Below are positions 54,101 to 64,000 of a stretch of 64,000 nt of DNA, one piece after another (the first letter of the stretch is position 1; the number at the start of each line of letters is the position of its first letter). The notes beneath the pieces are model-generated. The model saw only the letters and a list, made by a program, of their open reading frames with translations. It did no database searches and was not told the origin of the DNA. The stretch is from Cycas panzhihuaensis (taxonomy: Eukaryota; Plantae; Cycadophyta), in assembly GCA_023213395.1 (NCBI GenBank), contig CM041465.1, forward strand, positions 174,413,741 to 174,477,740, written 5' to 3'. Position numbers and translations under genes: made by a program.

Positions 54101-57100
54101 TAGGCTATGCCACTCATAGTAAAGCTTACAAGTTGTATGATCTTATTGGGAAGAAAATACATCTCTCAAGAGATGTAATCTTTGCTGAAGAAGAGCATAA
54201 GGAGTTGGAATCTACATCCATCCAACCTCCTCTTAATAAAGGTAAAAAGATTGTTGAGTTTTTCCTTCCCTCTCAATCTTCCACATCATGTACATCATCT
54301 GCACCTGCTGGACCATCTACATCATCAAATACTACTCCACTTGATCCTAGCACATCTTCTTTTGATCCATCACTTAGACCAGAAGACATTGAGGTTCAAG
54401 TCACATCAATTAAAAAATTGCCAAAATGGTTTACACAAACTATTCAAGATGGTCAGATTATTGAAAAAAAATGTCCATCAAAATATAGGTAGCAAACCAA
54501 TTATGCACTTATGGCTGATGTGCTTTATGTTGATGAGCCCTCCACTTTTGAGGGGGCATCTCAAAATGACAATTGGAAAGCTGTTATGGATGAAGAAATC
54601 CATTCTATTGAAAAGAATTGAACATGGGATTTGGTAGAATTGCCTAAGCATAAACAGGCAATTAGTTGCAAATGGGTCTACAAGACCAAATTCCATTCTG
54701 ATGGTACACTCAAGCGCCAAAAGGCCCGACTTGTTGCAAAGGGTTTCAAACAAAAAGAAGGCATTGACTATGAGGAGACTTTTGCACTTGTTGCCAATAT
54801 GAACACCATTAGGCTCATCTTGGCCTTAGCTGCTCAATGCAAATGGCCAACATATCAGATGGATGTGAAGAGCTCCTTTCTCAATGGCGATCTTCAGGAG
54901 GAGGTATATTTGGAACAACCTCCTAGTTACAAAGTACAAGGCAAGGAGCACTTGGTTTGTCGCCTGAAAAAGGCTTTGTATGACTTGAAACAAGCTCCTC
55001 GTGCATGGTACTCCAAAATCAATGATTATTTTCTGAGACATGGTTTTCATCAATCTACATCAGACCCCAACTTGTACATCAAAATTGAGAACGTCCATGC
55101 TATCTTTATTGTCTTGTATGTTGATGACTTAGTGATCACTGGTAATGACACTAAGATGATATAGATTCTCCAGGATGATTTGAAGAGAACTTTCGAGATG
55201 ATAGATCTTAGACTTCTACATTATTTTCTAGGCTTTGAGGAATGACACCAACCTGACTCTATTTTCATATCCCAAGCAAAATATTCTTGAGACATTTTGC
55301 AGCGGTTCAGGATGCATGACTGCAAACCAGCACCAATGCCTATGGAGAATGGAACAAAGCTTACTCTTAATGAGGAAGCTGAACCTACTTACAGATCCCA
55401 CTCTTTACCGGCAGTTGATTGGTAGCCTCATTTATCTCACTAACACTCTAGCCTCATTTATGTCACTAACACTCGAATGGATATTTCATTTGCAGTTGGG
55501 ATTTGTTTTCGATACATGTCTCAATCAAATCAGAAACATTGGAATGCAACAAAACACATACTTAAATACATCAAAGGAACTTTGCAACATGGCCTTCAAT
55601 ATGCACATAATGAGAACTTCACCTTGGAAGGGTTCTCAGATTCTGATTGGGCAGGTTGTTAGGATAGCCAGAGATCCACCTCAGGTTACTACTTTACCCT
55701 TGGTTCAGGAGTTGTTTTGTGGAGTTGCAAGAAGCAACCCAATGTTACCTTGTTCTCCACTGAAGCAGAGTACAAAGCTATCAACGCAACTTGTGAGGCT
55801 ATCTGGCTACGATGGATTCTTGGGGAGCTTGGACTTGAGCAAAATCACCCTACCAAGATATATTGTGACAATTAGAGTGTACTCAAGTTGGCCAAGAATC
55901 CAGTCTTTCATGCATAGACCAAACACATCGAGGTCCATCATCACTTCATCAGAGAGCATGTGCAGAATGGTAAGATCAACCTCTAGTATAGACCTACAGA
56001 GGAGCAGACAACAGATATCTTTACCAAGCCTCTTGGTAGAGAAAAATTTGTAAAATTCAGAGATGGTCTTGGCGTCCGACTTAACATTGTAAACGGTAAG
56101 GGGGGTGTTAAACCTTATGTTTCCATGTTAAGTATGTACTTTATTCACTTTATTCTTTCATTCATTATTTTGTACTTTATGAGGTGACTTATCACTTAAG
56201 TGATAAAGTGCACACCCACATTCCTCCTAGTGACATAACATTGTAATTAAAGGGTCAAATGGACCCTCATGCATCTTTGCTCACTTGAGAGCCCAAAAGG
56301 ACACACGTCCTTCATGCATGACATGCATTGCATATAGCTTGGATGTTTTCCACTTGTCAAACATCCAACACTGTTAGGTAACCTCAGTTACTCTATATAT
56401 TGAGACCTCTCCTCATGTCTGATATGTAGAGTTGGAGTGTAATGTTATGCTACCAGTTTGCTAATCAATTGGTATTATTTGTAGTAGGACTAATTCCTTC
56501 TCCTCATACTTTGGTATCATCTTGCTCCTTTGATCTTGGTCTTGCTTATCTTTTAGTTTTGCTCTTATGCGATCTAGAACTAGAGTGAACTATCTTCATG
56601 ATCTTGGTTTTCATTAGTCTTAGGCATTCTAATCCTTTGGCCTTCTCAACAGAGGATAACCCTAAGGGTTTATCATCAAGGGAGGAAACAAAACTTAAGG
56701 TTGACCCAAGAGATCCCCCCTTTCAACTCCTTATCCCTGAAGATAAAAAGAACTTACCATACATTGCAAACAGAATAACTCAATTTTTTGGAAAAGAGTT
56801 GTATGGAACAAATCATTTGATCTAATGTATGGAATCTTGGTTAGATAGAAGGATCCTTAACAAGTCACATTAGGGATTGGACTTCGTACTCACCCTTCGT
56901 GGTTGGGCATGGTGATGGTATTTGGCCCACCAAACCTCATTTTGTAGTTGGGTGGACTTGAAAGCTAAATTCAGGTTGCAATTCAATTTCTCCAAAGAAC
57001 TCTCCATTCCTTCTTTTCTAGTAGGGAAATGCCCCCTTAAGTAGATAAGTAGGTGTAAATGTATATGGAGATCACAAAGCATTCCTAAGCAAAATTGAGC

Positions 57101-57279
57101 ACATCTTTTCTACCTACCCTAGGGAAATTAGGGAAACAATGGTTAAGTGGATGTGAAAAGGTTAGGGAAGCTTCTTGGCATCAACTAAAACATTTGTTTA
57201 TTAGGCCATTGTCATATATGTCGAAAAATAAAACTATAAACTAGGTATTAAAACACATTAGAAAAATGAGCATAGAGCA
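48168..57279 (+). mobile_element. Insertion F: truncated gag-only LTR-derived element inside D, itself interrupted by copia G
   Basis: D's coding sequence breaks near 48168 and resumes near 57285. PBS-like CCATATCAGAGCC ~48491-48503. Gag-like sequence 48550-49007 continues at 56657-57100 (LTLRGWAW*WY...SWVDLKAKF). Boundaries uncertain. Confidence 0.5.
49008..56651 (+). mobile_element. Copia G: full-length Ty1/copia element with a ~2.3-kb 5' leader
   Basis: LTRs 49008-49560 and 56106-56651 (about 97% identical by eye). TSD GAGGA at 49003-49007 and 56652-56656. PBS TAGTATCAGAGC 49563-49574. PPT AAGGGGGG before 56106. Gag-pol 51885-56090 (CGKVGHIAPDC, WIIDSGASRHM, LWHHRLGH, LYVDDL) with nonsense mutations. 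Confidence 0.95.
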
Positions 57280-59275
57280 AAATCCATGTCAATGGTTAGG
57301 GCAGTAGAAAATGAGGATGGGGAGGAGGAGGAGATCCATAATTTTCCTCTGAAATATAAGGAATTAAAATTCGAGAGTAGGGAAGTGGAAACAACCTTGG
57401 CTCACCAAGTAATGGATAATCAACAAGTGAAATTTGAAGAAATGAAAACTATAAAGGTGCATCTAGGGTATGATCCCATTACAATTGGGGACTACTAGGA
57501 TGATAGAATGGTAGCACAAGCACAAGTGTTGTTTGGGGAATATAAAGATGTGTTTGCATGGTCGTACAAAGACCTAAAAGGTATTTCTCTAGAGACCAGA
57601 ATGTACCATATCGATTTGATTGAAGGGGCCAAGGCAATGAAGCAAACGTTGTATCGTATAAATCTGAAATATAACGAGAAGGGGAAAGCAAAAGTCGACA
57701 AAATGTTAGACCCCTGATATATTTATGAATTTGGAGTATAATGATTGGGTGAGCCTTGTCGTAGTAGTGCCAAAAAAGAATGAAAAGTTTATGGTTTATG
57801 TGGATAACCGCTAGCTTAATAAAGTAACGAAAAAGGATCTATTCCCAATCCCATCTGCCGAAGACGTATTAGAAATGGTAGGCGAGCATGAAGTATATTC
57901 ATTTATAGACGGGTTTAGCGGTTACAATCAAGTGTGAATAGCCTCAAAAGATCAAACAAAGACATCATTTGTAACATAATGGGGGACATATGCTTATACG
58001 GTTATGCCCTTTGGATTGACAAATGCCCCAACAACATTCTACAGAATCACGATTAATATATTTGAAAAGATGAATGGAGAGAGAGTGGCAATATTCTTAG
58101 ACAATTGGACCTTATACGGAGTAATGAAGAACCACATGGAAAACCCAAGAGAGATGCTATAGACTCACATGGAAAATAATCTATATCTCAATTCAAAAAA
58201 ACGCACATTCTTAATACCATTTAGTAAAATGTTGAGGTTCATTGTTAGCAAGGAAGCCTTGCTAATAGATCCGACAAAAGTTTCCACAATTCTACAATTT
58301 CCAATCCCACTAACTCAAAAACAACTCCAAGGATTCTTGGGATTAAAGGGATATTATCGCAAATTTATAAAAGGGTATGCCCATATTTCTAGTCCTCTAA
58401 AGATCTTGCTAAAAAAGGATGTAGAATGTGGATGGGGACCAAAGCAGTAGCAAGCATTTAAATCTTTAAAAAGTGCCATAGCATCCACATCCATATTATG
58501 ATTTCCTGACTAGAATAAAATTTTTCATGTGCATGTGGATGCTTTGCAATTCGCCATTGGTTGTGTTCTAGCCCAACTAGGAGAAAATAACACTAATCAT
58601 CTATTTTACTTTACAAGCCGAAAGTTAACAAGGGCAAAACATAATTATACTACTACAAAAAGAGGAGGACTAGGAATGGTACATGATTTGCAAAGTTTTT
58701 CCATTACTTGCTATCCAATCCCTTTATTTTCTATGTGGATCATGAAGCCTTTATGTAGTTGATTAATAAACCATTGTTGAGAGAGCACATTAGTAGGTGG
58801 TTAATGCTATTTCAAGAATTCACTTTCTAAATCATTGTCAAATCAAGGAGAGCCCATATCATTCTTGATTAGTTATCTTGTATACACATCGAAGAAAAAG
58901 ATGTGGTAGTAAGAGATGATTTTCCTAACACTACATTATTTAGTATTGAGGCTATACCAATAGAGCGGTATGGAGGGATTTTTAAATATATAGCCATAGG
59001 GGAGTTGCCATCATAATTAAATAAAGTGAAAAGGAGACATTTCATTCACAAAGTAGAACCTTATCAACTCATCCAAGGGGAATTATATTGCTTAGGTCTT
59101 GATGATGTGCTATGCCATTATGTTAAGACCATATGAAAGACATCAAATCGTTACACAATCGCACGAAGGTGTATCTAGTGGACATACAAGACCGAGAAAT
59201 AGTTGGAAAACGTGTTGACCTCTAGATTTTGGTGGCCAACTATGTTGGAAGATATACATGACTAGGTGAAAACCA

Positions 59276-62200
59276 ACTATGGGAAGCAATAATAAAAGAA
59301 TTTGAGGAATTTGCAGAGCAATTTGTCAGTAAAAATAAGGCCTCGCAAACAAGAGGATTAATAGAAACTCTAAAGCTTGAAGACAACACTAAGGACAAAG
59401 AGTTTAACCGTAGGGAAAATTCTCACCACAATAATGAGGAAAGAGAAAAAAGAGATAGACCAGGATCTGACTATGGTCTCAAGAACTTCGAATTCCTTTT
59501 GGTAAAATTTGACCCTCATAAGTCAAGGAGAATCTAAAGTTGGATCATCCAGATCAATCTATATTTTAAAATGCAACCATCATTGGAAGGAGACAAAATA
59601 TTGGCTACATCCCTTCATCTATGTAAGAAAGCAATCAAGTGGTTTCATTGGTGGAGCAAGGATTATCGTGGAACAAATCACTATAATTGGAATTTCCTAA
59701 AATCTTCATTAATAAAATAGTATGAGGACACTTGGAGGAGGGATTACATCTCCTAGTTGACGCAACTACAACAAACCAATACCATCCCAGCCTATGTAGA
59801 AGAATTCAAAATCTGCAGAGCATGATGACATCACAAATCGACCCAGACTTACTACTAGAAGTATATATCATAGGCCTCAGAGGCACTATCAAATTTTGAC
59901 TTAAAACACTAAATGTAGGGACTCTTACAAAAGCAATTCTTTTAGTGCATAATATAGAGGCAAAATTCTAAGAAACACACTAGAATTATGTACGACAACA
60001 TGATCACTTTAGGCCTATAGGAAAAGGCAATAGACCCAATTGGCAATAGCTTGGGATCAAGGTAAATCCACCACCTTATAGAAAACAAGTTGTCAAAAGC
60101 AGTACACCTTCAAAGAGGAACATGTTTCGATTGCAATGGCAAATGGAGTCACAATCGTAAATGTCTAGCAGAGAAAGTCTTTATGCTTAATAATGAAGAA
60201 ATGGACATTCCAATATAAGAGGAGTTACCACAAGATGTGAAATCGCCAATGGAGGATGAAACAAAAATAGAGGAGTTACTAAATGAAACAAATCTTGGGA
60301 ATGTGCAAATATCATTGCAAGCAATCACAGAAACAACAAATGTGCCTCAAACACTATGTTTTGAAGGAAACATCAATAATTCCAAAGTATCAGTCTTAGT
60401 TGATGGTGACAACAAGCACAATTTTATTAATAGGCCGATAAAAGGAAAGTTGGCCCTCTAAGTCAAACCACTAAAATAGTTCCAAGTAGTGATTGCTAAT
60501 GGTAACAGTATGCCATGAGGAGGCTTTTGCGACAAGGCACACCTTCAGATCTCTAACTACTTGTTGAGCACATGTATGTTTGCCATGCCTATAAGAGGTG
60601 TTGATGTAGTGTTAGGCATGTAATGGATCTAAAATTTAGGAAATATTATCACTAACTATAGAACATGCCTCATGAATTTCTTCCAAAAAGGGTGCAAATA
60701 CAAATTGCAAGCACCACCCACACCCCCTTTAAAGTTGGTTTGACCTCACTGCATGGAAAAGCTGCTCAAGAAAAATCCCTCAACATATCTCATGGCCTGT
60801 TATAAGATCTTAGTACAAGATGTCACATTAGAAGTTCAAGCTATAATAGACTAGCACAATAGAGTCTTTCAAGACATTCCCAAAGGGATAACCCCATTTC
60901 GTGGCAATGAGCACATAATAGATTTAGTACCGGGAGTTGAACCTATAAACATTTGGCCTTACAGACATCCATACCACTTTAAGAAGTAAATCAAACAAAT
61001 CACTAAGGATTTGCTTTAGCAAGGGGCCATCATACCCAATTCAAGTCCCTTTACCTCTTCAGTTATTCTAGTCAAGAAAAAGGATGGATTGTATCAGATG
61101 TATGTCAACTACCACACTCTAACTAAAATAATAGCCAAAAATAGATATATGATACCAGGATTGATGATTTATTATATGAATGGCATGGCACCAAGTTCTT
61201 CTGTAAGGTCGATTTTCACTTCAAATATTATCAAATCCACATCAAAGACAAGGACGCATACAAGATAGCCTTCCAAACATATAAAATATTGTTTGAATTT
61301 TGAGTAATGCCATTCGGGTTGACTAATGCGCCTGCAACTTTTCAATGCACTATAAATACAGTACTTAAGTCATTTATTATAAAATTTGTCCTGGTATTTT
61401 TTCGATGACATTCTAATGTATAGCTATACATGGGACAACCACTTAGAGCATCTACGAGAAGTATTGCGGGTTTTGGAAGAAAACCAATTCTTTGCGAATG
61501 AATCCAAATGCCCTATTATACAAATAGAATTAGAATGCTTGAGCCATATCATCACCCAGAACAAAGTCAAGACGGATCCCAAAAAGATCTAAGACTTCAT
61601 AAATTAGCCTACACCAATCAATGTCATAAATGTCAAAAGTTTTCTAGGAGTCGTTGGATTTTCACGACATTTCATTAGAGGATATGCAAGCATAGCAACA
61701 CCCTTGACTGACCTCACAAAGAAGGAAGCATTCAATTGGCACAATCTTGCAGAAAAGGCTTTCCAATGATCAGAGAATGACATGGTCACAACACTCATCT
61801 TAGCCATGCCAAACTTCTATGAACCATTTGTTCTGGAATGTGATGCATTTAGAATAGGATTAGGAGCAACTCTTCTTCAGAACCAACAACCCGTAGCTTA
61901 TGAAAGGAAAACTAAGTGCGCGAGAAAGATGGAAACATATTTACGACCAAGAAATGCTTGCAATAATGCATTCCATCCACCAATGGCAACGATACTTACC
62001 AAGTAACAAATTCTTGGTCAAAATGAATCGTGACAATCTCAAATATTTCCTCAATCAAAGCTCCTTATCAGAAGAACAACAAAAATGGGTAAGCTAGCTA
62101 CAATCCTTTGATTTTGACATCATCTATAAGAAGGGAAAGGGGAACATGGTTGTAGATGATTTATCCAAGATTCTAGAACAATCAACATGCCAAGCTATCT

Positions 62201-64000
62201 CAATAGTCAAACCCAATTGGACACAAGAATTGGCACAAGAATACAAGGAAGATCTAGCATCACAATAGATACTCTAGAAGATTTAAGAAGGAATACAGAT
62301 AGATTACAGATTACAAAACGATTTGATACTACATTGGGGGAAGATTTTTGTCTCGCATACTTCAACACTCAAGGAGAAGTTCCTCCAAGAAGCTCACGCG
62401 ACATTGTTGATAGGACACAGGGCATTGACAAAACATACGACCAAATCCATAACATATTTTTCTAGAAGGGATTGAAGGCAAACATCTACAAGTTCATTTT
62501 TGAATGCGAAACTTATCAAAGAAATAAAAGTGAAAGCATCAAAATTCTAGGATTACTTCAACCGTTACATATGCTAGAACAAAAATGGGAAGGAATATTG
62601 ATGTATTTTATTTTTAGTCTACCTAGAATAGAGGGAAAAGATTTGATATTTGTTGTAGTGGATCAATTGACCAAGTATCCACACCTCAAAGGCACACAAT
62701 CCATAGCTAAGGCTACTTATGTCAGATTTATTTGTTAAAGAAATCCACAAACTGCATGATTTTTCTAAGGTCATAGTAATCAATCGCAACCCAAAATGCA
62801 CAAGCAATTTTTGGTAAGAGATGTTCCAACAAGTAGGAACCAACTCACGATGAGCATAGCATATCATCCCCAAACAAGTGCATAAACAACAGAAGTAGTA
62901 AATAAATGTTTGGAAGGCTATTTGCAAAATTTTTCATTTGATAAGCAACAACACTGGCATAAGTAGTTACATCTCATTGAATGGTGGTACAACACTTCCC
63001 ATCATACATCGGCTAAAATGACTCCTTTTCAAGCACTTTATGGATATGAACCTCCATCTCTCCTCACATGGGCTGACAACTCCAATGTACCTGCTGTATA
63101 GGATCAACAACAACAACAAATTGCTCAAGCATTACAAATTTTGAGAGCAATCTCAACTTAGCAAGGAACAACATGAAGTAGCAAGGCGACTTGCACAGAT
63201 TTGAAAAGTTATTTAAGAAAGGGGATTGGGTATTTTAAGGCTTCAACCATATAAATAATCTTCCCTAAAATAGGTAGGGAGGCACAAATTACAACCATGA
63301 TTTTATGGGCCTTATTAGATCTTGGAAAGGATAGAGTAGCCTATTCGCTCGATCTAACGGCATCCAAAAAAGTACACAATATGTTCCATGTTTCCTGTCT
63401 CAAATCAAAGTTGGGATAAACCGTAATAGCATAGTCAAAATTTTCAAAATTTGTAGACCCTAAAGGCATCCTCCAGATACAAACCAAGTAACTTTGACCC
63501 AAGGAGGTTCGAGAGTATTTGATCAAATAGAAGAACCTCAATAAAGAGGATGCCATGTGGGAATCCAAAGAATGGTTCCAACAACATTCTTACATTCCCA
63601 TGCTTTGAGGGCAAAGCATGTTTTTAGGAGAGGGACTTATAGCATGTCCTCTCTCTCTCTCTCTCTCTCTTCTAAAACTACCTTCCAATTCATGATAGTT
63701 ATTACATCTATATATTCTCTATTTAAGGAATAGACTTTCTCTCTTCTAAAATCGACTTCCATCCATGGCATTTATTACATCTATATATAGGCCTTCTTGC
63801 CCCATTTTATAATCATCATTTTGAGAGAGATTTAAGCTTTCCATTTTTGGCTCCTAGTTGGAGGCTGCAACTAGAGGACACCTCACCTCAAAGAGGGGAT
63901 TTTCTATAAGATTCAATATTTGTTATTTTCATTTGATACTATTTGATTTGCAAGGATTATTTGGTGTATTTCTAGAGATTTACTTTAGATTTGTGCATTT
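59276..64000 (+). mobile_element. Element H: degenerate Ty3/gypsy chromovirus-type element related to B, lacking its 5' LTR; 3' LTR runs off the window
   Basis: VQISLQAI...VLVDGDNKHNFINRP (compare B: VQISLQAII, LVDSGSTHNFINRP), FFDDILMYS, integrase and chromodomain remnants. PPT AGGAGAGGGACT 63626-63637; LTR from 63638. Confidence 0.85.

Larger units (their letters stand above)
37524..59275 (+). mobile_element. Element D: degenerate non-chromovirus Ty3/gypsy element, interrupted by copia E and by F/G, 3'-truncated
   Basis: LTR-like block TGTTGGGG 37524 to ...TCAACA ~38515. Gag LRGVPLAWYKQL (45964-46149), protease IVDGG (~47570), RT VFAWSYKDLKGI...YSFIDGFSGYNQV (57500-58100), RNase H HVDALQFAIGCVLAQ, integrase start up to ~59270. 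That these pieces form one element is inferred from colinearity. Confidence 0.65.

Noticed and set aside
55235-56053. 272-aa ORF as a novel gene
   Set aside because: It is a frameshift mosaic of copia G's RT/RNase H; only the DPTLYRQLIGSLIYLT part is in the pol frame.

Overview
AT-rich plant nuclear DNA made almost entirely of LTR retrotransposons; the long, TE-filled intron suggests a large-genome land plant such as a fern or gymnosperm (inference). The only host gene visible is the last three coding exons (minus strand, 14146-15329) of a plant RelA/SpoT-homologue-like protein ending in a TGS/beta-grasp domain, with one GC-AG intron. I could not find its next upstream exon in the remaining ~48.7 kb, which holds a nest of about ten LTR elements. 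Four have paired LTRs and matching 5-bp target-site duplications: Ty3/gypsy A (16515-23291, ATCAT), Ty3/gypsy B (24861-35913, GAATG), copia E (38793-45332, ACTTA) and copia G (49008-56651, GAGGA). The rest are a very young copia C inside B's LTR, a 312-bp TRIM inside B's gag, a non-chromovirus gypsy D and several relics. The first 11 kb hold older copia and gypsy relics, a (TA)66 tract and a ~292-bp tandem array with an internal inversion. The most striking signal is the TRIM: the end of its LTR, the PBS and the start of its internal region together spell a tRNA-type Pol III promoter (A box and B box at tRNA spacing), with a T4 terminator in the 3' LTR. Three unrelated LTR elements also carry densely base-paired ~400-470-nt islands in long 5' leaders. 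All identities were estimated by eye; no searches or folding were run.
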